From an uncultured virus (IMG/VR IMGVR_UViG_3300042975_000037) (taxonomy: Duplodnaviria; Heunggongvirae; Uroviricota; Caudoviricetes): a DNA stretch of 64,000 bases. The stretch lies in the IMG/VR virus record IMGVR_UViG_3300042975_000037, one strand, 5' to 3'. The position numbers were made by a program, and so were the translations under genes. Below are positions 9,509 through 18,703 of the stretch, piece by piece. The notes beneath the pieces are model-generated. The model was given only the letters and a program-made list of their open reading frames with translations. It ran no database searches and had not been told where the DNA came from. The number at the start of each line of letters is the position of its first letter. The first letter of the stretch is position 1.

Positions 9509-11575
9509 TTAGATTATAGATACTAAAGTACCGTTAGCTCCTTGAATATAATGAATATTTACTGTCTGCTGAGTACAGATTTTATAAGACTGTTTCGACT
9601 GGTTATAAGACTGTTTCAAGCAATAAATATTACTGTAAAGTAAGTTTATTTTATCTATGGGCTCCATATTGGTATCTTGCTCCTCAGATTTTACCACTTC
9701 GCCATAAGGCAATTCGCTCTTCTTTAAGATAATAAACCCTGCGTTGATGCCAGTCAAACCTAATTCAAATATTTGAATTCCATTGTAAGAGAGAATACCG
9801 TCTTTATCCGTTTTTATATAATTCCTAAAATTATAATTTTCAAAAATATCTTTCCAGGAAACAATAACATAGGTGTTGTCAATTCCTTGTTGATCTATTA
9901 AATTCAGAACACCTTCAATAGAAACTTTTACATTCTGATGATTAATGTTTTTTAAAAGAAAACAAAAATATTTTGATTTTAAATCAAACTTTAATTCTTC
10001 AGATATAGCTTTTCCAGCGCCTCCTATCTCTTTTGTAGAACCTTTGAGGACAAATTGTCTTTCTATATCCAAACATCCACATATTTTAATCCGTTTTGAC
10101 TGAGCTTTATCCGAAATACCAGACATGGAACGAATAGGGATAACAGTCCCCCAATTATAATTATCATAAATCAGCTCATCCGCGATTTTTTTTATTTTAT
10201 CAAAATCAAATTCTTCTCGATTATTGATTTCAGCATTTTTTAGTTCAAGATTTTTCTTGAATTCATCAATTTTTGATATAACGACATCTTTATTAGGCAA
10301 ATTATTGAAATTAAATTCTTTCAAAGTAGGGTCCACATACCAATCTTCTACTTTTTTTTGAATATGTTCCCATGCTTCAATCATGTTTTTATTCTTATCC
10401 TGACTTTCTTCATCAGGATTAGGAAGTATTAATGGATCACAATAGTTGATATTATAATCCTTATAAGACCATATACGTATAAACAGCAATGCTAAATAGC
10501 TATATGTATAATCAATGATAATATCTTCCGTTCTTGCACCTTGATCCAAATTCATGAATTGATAACTACTAATGAATAAAAAAGCTTTTTGATCATTACC
10601 TGATAAGAGTTTTGAAAATTGATTGATTTGAGTCATTGTCCCTGGAATCAACTTATAGGATGGTGGTAAAGTTTGAGTATATTTCATGATATGTCTTAAC
10701 CATGAAAATTTTTTTAAAAATACAAGAAGGACTCCAACCATGATATGTCTTTGATAAAACTCAATAGCTGAAGGGTTGGAAGGGCCATAATGTATATTGA
10801 TTGTGAAAAACCTATAGTATTGTTCTGCAAATGTCCAATATTGAGTAAACCATTTATAATTATTTCCATAGACAGCCCAGTTTACCATTTCCCAAGTCGC
10901 GTCATACGTTGCTTTTGATATTAGAGTTTTAGATGCTTGATCATATAGGATGCTGATAATACCATTGTAATTATGTAAGTAATCATCTCTGCTCTCATTA
11001 CCGATTGCTACTGCTATTTTGGAGAGGATGCTTGTTAAATATGTCGAATATACCACGTGATTACCATCCTCAACTTTTTTCTTCTCATTTTCGAACTGGG
11101 TAAAGACTAATTCCCTGCTTTTCATGTAAACATCTGCATCCCTAACTCTTGATGCATAACAGGCAACATCAAATTGAGCTAAAGCTCCTTCACTATTTTT
11201 CTCGTTACCAAGTAGTTCTACAAGTTTTAGGGGATCATAATAAATATTTATCCGCTTATACAAAAATACAGTATTAGCCATTAAGATGCCTATTAAAGCA
11301 AATATAATGCAAATGACTATATACAAAAGATTAGGGGATGTTATTCTTGACAAAACAAAAGGGCTAATAATAGTGACGATTATAAATAATACCAAGAATA
11401 TTTGATAACATAAATATAAAGGCTCCTGACGAAACTTTCTGGCAAGAAGTGATGAACTATATTTTTCATCAATATGTTGTATGCTGCTTAATAGCAATGG
11501 ATAAGACATACCGAAAATAGCAGCGAATACTACAAAGATCGTAGTATAAGAATTGGTTACAAAATCAAATATCAT
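9509..11575 (-). CDS. hypothetical membrane protein (N-terminal TM helices, large soluble domain)
   Basis: 688-aa ORF; about three hydrophobic segments in the first 110 aa; low GC. Confidence 0.75.
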   Translation of the reverse strand: MIFDFVTNSYTTIFVVFAAIFGMSYPLLLSSIQHIDEKYSSSLLARKFRQEPLYLCYQIFLVLFIIVTIISPFVLSRITSPNLLYIVICIIFALIGILMANTVFLYKRINIYYDPLKLVELLGNEKNSEGALAQFDVACYASRVRDADVYMKSRELVFTQFENEKKKVEDGNHVVYSTYLTSILSKIAVAIGNESRDDYLHNYNGIISILYDQASKTLISKATYDATWEMVNWAVYGNNYKWFTQYWTFAEQYYRFFTINIHYGPSNPSAIEFYQRHIMVGVLLVFLKKFSWLRHIMKYTQTLPPSYKLIPGTMTQINQFSKLLSGNDQKAFLFISSYQFMNLDQGARTEDIIIDYTYSYLALLFIRIWSYKDYNINYCDPLILPNPDEESQDKNKNMIEAWEHIQKKVEDWYVDPTLKEFNFNNLPNKDVVISKIDEFKKNLELKNAEINNREEFDFDKIKKIADELIYDNYNWGTVIPIRSMSGISDKAQSKRIKICGCLDIERQFVLKGSTKEIGGAGKAISEELKFDLKSKYFCFLLKNINHQNVKVSIEGVLNLIDQQGIDNTYVIVSWKDIFENYNFRNYIKTDKDGILSYNGIQIFELGLTGINAGFIILKKSELPYGEVVKSEEQDTNMEPIDKINLLYSNIYCLKQSYNQSKQSYKICTQQTVNIHYIQGANGTLVSII

Positions 11576-12045
11576 TTGTTGTTAATTTTTACTTTATGAA
11601 TGACTTTACTATTCTGATTTAATATGAGTTGGTCTTGCTTTTGAAGTTCTGCCTTCATGTCATTTTCAACTCCAAATAAAGAATCTAAATTAATGTTTCC
11701 AGTGAAGTCTGGCTTCTGATTTCTCGGAATTATTGGATAAAAAAGAACGGAAATCAATAGAAAGACTGATGCTCCAAGAATTAGAAGGCCTGTTATTATA
11801 TTTCCAATATTTATTGGTTTCTTCGCTTTTTTATTGTGCTTATTATCAACGTTTTTGTTTATATTACAGTTAACGGTTGATTCGTTAACATACGAGTTGA
11901 AAAGTTTATCCTGTTTTACCCATTCCTCAATTACGGCGATAGGAACTTGATAATTCTTTGATAAATCAGTAACCTTACCACCAGAATGGAACTCTTTTAA
12001 GATGGATTTTTTTTGTTCTTCAGATACTTGTTTCCTTGAAATCAT
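11572..12045 (-). CDS. HTH + single-TM protein
   Basis: SEEQKKSIL..GGKVTDLSKNYQVPIAVIEEWVKQ resembles a transposase-type HTH; hydrophobic segment IITGLLILGASVFLLISVLFY; ATGA overlap with the downstream gene. Confidence 0.6.
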   Translation of the reverse strand: MISRKQVSEEQKKSILKEFHSGGKVTDLSKNYQVPIAVIEEWVKQDKLFNSYVNESTVNCNINKNVDNKHNKKAKKPINIGNIITGLLILGASVFLLISVLFYPIIPRNQKPDFTGNINLDSLFGVENDMKAELQKQDQLILNQNSKVIHKVKINNK

Positions 12046-12085
12046 GATACATTTTCTTCAAAGTTGTAAATACCTCATTAAGTTA

Positions 12086-12212
12086 CCATTCTTGATTATC
12101 TGTAACTTGACACTGCTGATACTTTAATTCTGTCCGTGTGATATAAACTGTCTGGGCAGCAGCAAACAGAGCTGCAAAGCAAAGGGGGAAAAACGAATAA
12201 AGATCTCTTCAT
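12086..12212 (-). pseudogene. possible remnant of a small exported protein (TVYITRT motif)
   Basis: The minus strand reads a frameshifted signal-like start followed by AQTVYITRTELKYQQC, a degenerate TVYITxTGxKYH..C motif. Confidence 0.25.
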
Positions 12213-12390
12213 GTTTACTTAAGTTTTAGAATTATTTCAGTTATCAAATTCCACGATGAATTCAACTAATTGCCCTCAAAGATAGCTATTTAATCAATAG
12301 ATTCCAACTTTTTTACATTTTTGATACCAAGTTGTATTAATTTGAAACAAATGTGTATACAGATGTGTATACTAACTGAGGTAAAAGTGC

Positions 12391-12465
12391 TATATTTGTA
12401 ACGTGTTTTTATAGTATTAGATTTAAAAGGGCGGGAGTACGTGATGTATTCTCGCCCTTAATTAT
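12391..12465 (+). ncRNA. candidate small RNA: -7 promoter box, short body, terminator hairpin
   Basis: TATATTTG at 12391, then GTGTTTTTATAGTATTAGATTTAA, then hairpin AAGGGCGGGAGTAC-GTGAT-GTATTCTCGCCCTT (12427-12459); no ORF. Confidence 0.4.
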
Positions 12466-13197
12466 TTAATAGTACGTAATTGTTTTACTTTCTTCGCTAT
12501 TCCAAAATTCTTCGTTTTCAGACAGTTTATCTTCAAGTATATCAGATACTCTCTTTTCATATAATTCAATGACCTTATTATATTCAGCACTAATAGTGCT
12601 AAATCCATCTGCTTTTTTTATTTCTTTTTCTTGCTTAGCTATTAAGGTATCGTAATCTTTAATAGTCTTTTCCAATTTACGAGAAGGACCACCATTAATA
12701 TTGTTAGCATATATGTTCTTGAATGAGTTACTATCAATATGACAAATGCATTTTTTCATATAAGAAAAAATCATGTTACATTGGGTTTCGTCCGTTTTAA
12801 CTGATAAAATTAAAGTTCTATGAAATTCAACAAATGATATTAGTTGTGCTCTTGGATCATTATCAGAAGAACTTCTTAAGGCATAAATAATACTAAGCTC
12901 TTCTTGCATATTAAAACTTTGTTGCTGTATCTCCTTTCTTGATTTGTCGTATAACTTTCTCAATTTGGTTGATGCTTCTTCTAAATTAGAGAACTTTTCC
13001 TTTATTTGCAAAGCATTTACGATCTGATAACCAATAATAAAAGTTACAGCTATACCAATACAAGCGGTGCATACGCCAATAAAGGTATTGGAATCCACAA
13101 CACTATTGGGTGACACTTTAACAAAAAATAGTATAATTGTGACAATAGATAGCACAATAGCTATAATTGAAATAATGACGCTAATATCTTTCTTCAT
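12466..13197 (-). CDS. hypothetical protein, two N-terminal TM helices and a coiled coil
   Basis: 243-aa ORF; hydrophobic residues ~6-26 and ~39-60. Confidence 0.7.
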   Translation of the reverse strand: MKKDISVIISIIAIVLSIVTIILFFVKVSPNSVVDSNTFIGVCTACIGIAVTFIIGYQIVNALQIKEKFSNLEEASTKLRKLYDKSRKEIQQQSFNMQEELSIIYALRSSSDNDPRAQLISFVEFHRTLILSVKTDETQCNMIFSYMKKCICHIDSNSFKNIYANNINGGPSRKLEKTIKDYDTLIAKQEKEIKKADGFSTISAEYNKVIELYEKRVSDILEDKLSENEEFWNSEESKTITYY

Positions 13198-13297
13198 TGT
13201 TTTTAATTTTATTCGTTTTCACGTTGAGGCTTTTTTTAATTATCCTTCCTCTATCTGGGAAAGAATTAGGATCTTAGGTATACTATCAACTGCCTCT

Positions 13298-14728
13298 TTA
13301 CATCATATTGTTGAAATGCTCCAGCAGTTCTATTCGGTTAAAAATATATTTTAAATTTCCATGATACATACTAGTACGATCTGAATAGTATTTAAGAGCT
13401 TTGGCTAAATATGCTTTGTTAATTACTTTACATTCAAATTGAGAAGTTAATTGACCATCATTTCCAGGTTTTATGATAAAATCTTCATATCGGTCTCCGC
13501 TTTTATTGATATTATAGCTATTAATCAATTCTCCTACTGTGTATATTATGTAACTATCTTTTTCAAAATCTTTATCTGACGACAATAAACTGCCTGGAAT
13601 TTTTTCTTCTATTTTATCAATTAGTTGCTGTATTGAATATTTATGTATTTTAATATTTTTATAAAATTCTGTGTCAGTAATTTTCCAGTAACACAACAAA
13701 AAAAACATATCTGGGAATAAATATGTATTTTCTTTAAACCCTAACAAAGTTAGGCGGGTATGTGCGAAAATTTTGTCAACTGTCCGCAAACTTAAGTGGC
13801 TATCTTGTGTAATTGAAGAAGCAATTTCTAAAAATTCCTCTTTTTCATCTGTATCAGGAAAAGACTTTCTTCGGTCTGGATTTTCAAAGAAGTCCTTAAA
13901 CCCGTATGTATCATATAAAAGTAAACAATATTTCTCCATATCAGGTTCTGGAAGAGTATATTCAATATCTATAAAACGACGCAAATAAGCATTAGCGTTC
14001 ATTTGATTACTTCCAAAATATCCCTGAATAGCGCAGCCTAATTGTTTTTTGTTTACAGCCAATACAAATACAATTTGGGGAATATCAAAAAGATGTTTTA
14101 TCCTTTCTAACACCTTCACTGCATAAGTCGGGTTACACCGATCAAGTTCATCTACAAAAAACACTATAGGTTTACTTTCACTGGCATTTGATTCTACAAA
14201 TTTTTTTAAATATTTTTTAAATTCTTCGAAAGATGATTTCTGTTTTTCATATTCTTTAAGGTAATCATTTCCAATATTTGAGATTTCATTTACAGCTGCT
14301 CCTATAGCATCACTATCTACCCCTGTTGTTTTCTTTATAAGGTCTTTAATTATGACGACACCAGCACTTAGAGCAATTCTTCCACCAGCAGAAATCAGTT
14401 TTTTATAATTACTGTTTTTTGATTTTAGACTTTTAAATTCTGATAACATAGCAATAAGTGGATCCGTTGTATAATCTGACTCCCACGCATTGAAGTATAA
14501 GGTCTTAAATTTTTCTTTTTCAAGTTGTTGTTTCCACATTTTTACAAATGTGGTCTTACCGGATCCCCATTCTCCATTTAAGGCTAATACACATCCCGAT
14601 TTGCTATACACAGAAACAATATCCGTCAGAATATCGGCGTATTTTTTCCTATCCAGTGCACAATTTTTAAAAGGCTCTTCTTCTGGAATATCTATTTCAT
14701 CAGAATGACTTTTTAAGTTTTTCTCCAT
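13298..14728 (-). CDS. KAP-family P-loop NTPase
   Basis: LNGEWGSGKTT Walker A, YFNAWESD, IVFFVDELDRCNP Walker B, YLRRFIDIEYTLP. Confidence 0.9.
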   Translation of the reverse strand: MEKNLKSHSDEIDIPEEEPFKNCALDRKKYADILTDIVSVYSKSGCVLALNGEWGSGKTTFVKMWKQQLEKEKFKTLYFNAWESDYTTDPLIAMLSEFKSLKSKNSNYKKLISAGGRIALSAGVVIIKDLIKKTTGVDSDAIGAAVNEISNIGNDYLKEYEKQKSSFEEFKKYLKKFVESNASESKPIVFFVDELDRCNPTYAVKVLERIKHLFDIPQIVFVLAVNKKQLGCAIQGYFGSNQMNANAYLRRFIDIEYTLPEPDMEKYCLLLYDTYGFKDFFENPDRRKSFPDTDEKEEFLEIASSITQDSHLSLRTVDKIFAHTRLTLLGFKENTYLFPDMFFLLCYWKITDTEFYKNIKIHKYSIQQLIDKIEEKIPGSLLSSDKDFEKDSYIIYTVGELINSYNINKSGDRYEDFIIKPGNDGQLTSQFECKVINKAYLAKALKYYSDRTSMYHGNLKYIFNRIELLEHFNNMM

Positions 14729-14927
14729 AATATATTGTTATTTTAGTATTCATTAGGGAATCGTAAATACAAATATACATTGTTATTTCTTTTTAGAGTA
14801 GCATTTGTAGGAGAAATTTATTTGTAAATAAAAAGAATCAGTGATAATTTCGCACAATTTATTGTTCTTATTCAAGTAATCGGGATTATAGGGATAGAGC
14901 AAGAATCGTTAGTATCTATCCATTTTA

Positions 14928-15611
14928 TCATAATTCGCGTATTGCAGATGGTATGTAATTTAAGTACTCTTTCACGTACTCCATAGCCTGCTCCTTGGTC
15001 TTCTTTTGAAGGTGGACTTCATTGCAAAGAAAGTCTATGATCATTCCTTCTTTTACAGGGTATTTGTTTTTTCTATAGTATTCATCACATAGCACTGCTC
15101 TTAGTTTGCAGTTCAAATATTCCTCATTTACTTTCTTCCCAAGATTGATACGTTTTGAAAACAAAACATCGTTATGAGTTTCATTGGGGCATATCGTTAT
15201 ACGAAGGTCTTCCAGTTCACTATAGGAAAGGTGACTAGCTTCTTTTATGTATTCCAGTACTTTGTGTGGCCCTGTCACCAGCTGGCCATTTATTACGATA
15301 CTTCTTAGAAGATATGAATAATAGATGCTGTCATCATTGCTAACTACGAAATCTATTCCGACATAGTTTCCTCCCTTGTAAGAATCGGTTCGCTTTAATC
15401 CTCTTCTGTGTATATATAAATGGTCTTGATTGTTCTTCTGCAATTCGTTTTTATGTACTGAATTATCTTCAAACTCTCCATCTTTGTAATAATACACTTC
15501 AATCTCTTTCGGATAGATGGTCAAACTGTTGAGTGATAACTTTGAACTTTTCAGGAACTCTGACGCTTTTAGTTGGAGTTCATTAACTTTTTCTTGAATG
15601 TTTGATTTCAT
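14928..15611 (-). CDS. hypothetical protein, possible 3-methylpurine DNA glycosylase (MPG/AAG)-like fold
   Basis: Motif order EIEVYY..D..H, LYIH, YLLRS, GPHK, RINL parallels the MPG motifs ETEAY..D.ASH, YVY, VLIRA, GPGK, RIGI. Confidence 0.45.
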   Translation of the reverse strand: MKSNIQEKVNELQLKASEFLKSSKLSLNSLTIYPKEIEVYYYKDGEFEDNSVHKNELQKNNQDHLYIHRRGLKRTDSYKGGNYVGIDFVVSNDDSIYYSYLLRSIVINGQLVTGPHKVLEYIKEASHLSYSELEDLRITICPNETHNDVLFSKRINLGKKVNEEYLNCKLRAVLCDEYYRKNKYPVKEGMIIDFLCNEVHLQKKTKEQAMEYVKEYLNYIPSAIREL

Positions 15612-15659
15612 AGTTCAATTTAAGGTTTAATGATTTATTTTTATTAACCGATGTTGAAG

Positions 15660-15768
15660 GAAAATTTTCCTTGACTATCTGGCTTCTTCTTAATTATGCA
15701 AATAACAAGTGGTATCTCTTGCTGATAATCTGCCAAATAAATATTGCAAATAATTATTCAGTGGACAC
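15660..15768 (-). mobile_element. isolated end remnant of an IS5-family element
   Basis: TCTTGCTGATAATC..AAATAAAT..TTATTCAGTGGACAC matches the end of the IS5 at ~36285-36337 (TCTTGCTGATAATC..AAATAAAT..TTATTCAGCAAACCC). Confidence 0.55.
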
Positions 15769-16095
15769 TATTTCTGAATATTTTCATCTTTCTTCTCCAC
15801 CAATACAACATGATTTGGAAGGAGTAGGGGATGTGAACAGGTTGAAAATTCCTTGAAGAGTATGTTGACCACCCCTATATCATTTCATGTTATCGGACTT
15901 ATGCTCTTTGAGTTGTATCAGCAACTACTACCTAGTCCCAAGTCGAAATGGGACCAAGTCAAAATTGAGTAATACCAAAAGAGGCCTTTAAGAACTTTCG
16001 TATGCTGGCGCAGAAATCTAGTACACCTGTAAATGTTAATTATCAAGCGATCTAATATAACTGCTTTCTATTAGAGCATCTGGTTCTATATCAGA

Positions 16096-16437
16096 TTATA
16101 CCATGAAATTCAGATATTGAGAAAGTTCCACCAGTGATGTAAATCTCTTGATTGGGGAGTCGTCTTTTTCATGCTTTCGCCCATTCTTTCTGCCATTGAT
16201 AACGGCCGAAAACATATTCTGAATGATATCAGCTGTATTGATCATAGAATATTTATATCCTTCAATTAGTGTTACAATTTCATCGGTAAAGGAACGTGAA
16301 AGAAAACAAACACCAGAAAAGTCGAGAATGATCTCTTCGTCCTGAGGAATATCCTTCAGACCAAGTCTGGAAGCATTTACACGTGAGCGACCTTCCTTAC
16401 CTATATAATCGTATACTTTTATTATCTTTGTCATCAT
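16096..16437 (-). CDS. STAS-like (DUF4325-type) protein
   Basis: IILDFSGVCFLSRSFTDE motif; ATG at 16437. Confidence 0.7.
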   Translation of the reverse strand: MMTKIIKVYDYIGKEGRSRVNASRLGLKDIPQDEEIILDFSGVCFLSRSFTDEIVTLIEGYKYSMINTADIIQNMFSAVINGRKNGRKHEKDDSPIKRFTSLVELSQYLNFMV

Positions 16438-16447
16438 TTCTGTTCTC

Positions 16448-16531
16448 CTATTCAATATAATCCGTATATTTGAATCCTGGCCTAACTTCTATCGGTATTC
16501 TCAAGAGAAAGATAGTGCCTTGCCATTCAAT
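16448..16531 (-). pseudogene. C-terminal remnant of a histidine-kinase-like ATPase
   Basis: Reads IEWQGTIFLLRIPIEVRPGFKYTDYIE* immediately upstream of the STAS gene, with no start or N-terminus. Confidence 0.5.
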
Positions 16532-16539
16532 CCTTTACA

Positions 16540-17142
16540 TTATACTTCGTCCTCATCCATGATACCCAGTTTCTTCCTCCAGTAGCGACTGTAGATCGCT
16601 CCTAACGGATTGTGGGCGAGAAGGCGATCTTTACCACAAGCGTTGTAACCGGGCCCTTACAGTTGGCATTGAAGATCGCATCGTGGCCGACACATAATCC
16701 ACAACTGATGAATAGTTCTACCTTTTTGTCGTTGAGAAACTTGGCCTGGAACTTCGGGTTGCACATTGCTTCATGTTCCAGTTCTGGTTTACCTGTTTTA
16801 GCCCCAGTTCTTTCTTTGCTACACTGCAGTTCTTGCAGCAGACGCTATAGAACTCAAAACCTTGTTTTTGAAGTACCGTTCTATATAGTGTGCCTCGTCG
16901 TTCAGTCCGATGCAGAATGCCATGCCGAGCCGCTTGTAGCCCATCGCCTTAGCAAACTCAGCCGTCTCCTGGAGTCGGGTGATATTGCTGTAGAAAGTTG
17001 CTTCCACGTATGCTGCGGCTTTCATGATCTGTTTCTCATCGTCAGTATAGGCCGCAATAACCTCGTCAGCGGTCAGGTCTGAGCAATTGATGCCTTTTGT
17101 GTAACAGGCATGAGATTTACAACTTGCACATTTATCCTTCAT
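16540..17142 (-). CDS. DUF1847-family Cys-rich metal-binding protein; one frameshift near 16865
   Basis: LGMAFCIGL in the first frame; adding one A to the A-run continues into YSVCCKNC..MCNP..GLCVGHD..VKDRLLAHNPLGAIYS..DEDEV*. Confidence 0.8.
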
Positions 17143-17366
17143 ATTCTATAAACCTATAAAGTCTTTCGAGCCAGTTTGCTATTGACTGACTACTGAATAG
17201 GTGTGTGCGTTGAATTAAAGAAGTGATTGATGGTTGACATACCATTTTACTTTACGGGTCGATTTTATGCCTGTAGGATGATATAGAAGTGATTTTTGGG
17301 AATAAAAAAAAGGAAATATTAATTTTCCTTTTTCTTTCAAATGCCCTTAAAATAAAGGCTTTTCGA

Positions 17367-17411
17367 TGGGGTGGGAGGAGGGACTCGAACCCACGACCTT
17401 CAGAACCGCAA
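17367..17411 (-). tRNA. 3' half of tRNA-His (prophage attachment site), not a full gene
   Basis: Minus strand TTGCGGTTCTGAAGGTCGTGGGTTCGAGTCCCTCCTCCCACCCCA has a T-arm, acceptor 3' strand and CCA. There is no D-arm; similarity stops in the anticodon loop. Confidence 0.7.
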
Positions 17412-17485
17412 GCGCTTTTTTATAATCAACTTTAAATCTTTCACTATCAATTAATTACCGCCACCGTTAATTTTTTATTTTTGAT

Positions 17486-17932
17486 TTAATCTAACTGTTC
17501 TTGTTTTTTATCTTTTTCTTCGAGATCGTCTAAAAGGTCAATTAAGAAAAGAGTATTGTCTGGTCGGAAGAGAGGATTTGAGTTCTTTTCAAGCCAGTCT
17601 TTTGGGAACGGCTCACATGTCTCAAGACATTCCTCAAAGTCATCCTTGTATTGTGGAAACTTCTTAGTCAGTCTGTTTGCCTCTTTCTCGTTATACTCGT
17701 TGCACATCTTTATTCCCAGCCGGAGAGTATCTTCTGCCCGTGCTCTGTCATTTTTCTTTTTATAGATTTCCGACAATTCTATGAAAGCACTGCTGATGAT
17801 GAAATTGTCGAAGTTATCTATACAGTGAATGTACAACTCTTCGGCAGCGTCATAGTCTTTCTCTTCCCAGAACTTATGCCATGCAGCGGTATAGAATGCC
17901 CGTGCCCTTTTATCCGATTCCGATTGTTTCAT
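17486..17932 (-). CDS. hypothetical TPR-like helical protein
   Basis: MKQSESDK...KDYDAAEELYIHCI..AFIELSEIYKK..RAEDTLRLG; its ATG overlaps the inferred repressor stop (ATGA). Confidence 0.6.
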   Translation of the reverse strand: MKQSESDKRARAFYTAAWHKFWEEKDYDAAEELYIHCIDNFDNFIISSAFIELSEIYKKKNDRARAEDTLRLGIKMCNEYNEKEANRLTKKFPQYKDDFEECLETCEPFPKDWLEKNSNPLFRPDNTLFLIDLLDDLEEKDKKQEQLD

Positions 17933-18640
17933 ATCCTTACCAGCCCGACAACAAGGTTCATGGAGTATATTTCTCTTTTTGTCTATCGAGAAATCAGGAT
18001 AATCCTTGTTATACGAAACACATTTTATTTTATCTCCGTCCTCATAGATCCTTTTCAGGATGAGCCCCTGTGCTGTGTCAAGAACGTGTACCTTGCCCCA
18101 CTGGATAAAGGATGTGTCATCAATACGCTTACAGGCTATTTCATCACCGCCCTCAAATTTTGGTTCCATTGAATCACCCTTGACAATAATCGTGAAGTCA
18201 TATTCGGGGAGAGCATTTATTACTGGTATGCGCTCGCACTGCTCCTCAGTTATCCCTTCGAGGGCCTCTGTGAGCTTTCCTGCTGCCACAGTGTATGGTA
18301 CACGGGGACGGGTTGGTAAAGAGTTTACAGACGAAGTTTGTGGGTTTGTAAATGTGTTAAGACTCTTTTTTGTAAGATCATTATCCTCATTTGATTTTTT
18401 TAGGAAATAGATATAATCTATATCAAATGCTTGTTTTACAGCATTTTTAATGTTCTCGGAAACCGATGGAAACTTATTATTTCTGTTATTCTTTTTAAAA
18501 ACTCGATCTAAAGTTTGTTGTTTAAGACCGATCATTTTAGCGAATGAGTTTACATTTCCATTCGTTTTTTCCCTGACCAAATCATATAGTCTTTGATTTT
18601 GGACAGGCATCTGTTTGTAATTTTCTATGCTTAAACTCAT
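17929..18640 (-). CDS. CI-like repressor, HTH + S24 peptidase; one-base indel near 17975
   Basis: NVNSFAKMIGLKQQTL HTH; VAAG cleavage site, VKGDSMEP, LKR, SYNKDY; the shifted frame supplies the typical end EIYSMNLVVGLVRI*. Confidence 0.85.
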
Positions 18641-18655
18641 AATTTATGTTAATTA

Positions 18656-18698
18656 TACAATTAATAATTGTAATTTACAATTTTAGTTGTTATATTTG
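18656..18698 (+). promoter_or_regulatory. putative repressor operators and rightward -7 box
   Basis: TACAATTAATAATTGTA (18656-18672), TACAATTTTAGTTGTT (from 18676), TATATTTG (18691-18698). Confidence 0.55.
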
Positions 18699-18703
18699 CT
18701 CCT

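Noticed and set aside
17486..18640. 384-aa repressor-TPR fusion shown in the ORF track
   Set aside because: A one-base shift restores the usual S24 ending (NLVVGLVRI*) with an ATGA overlap to a separate gene, so the fusion is most likely an indel artefact.
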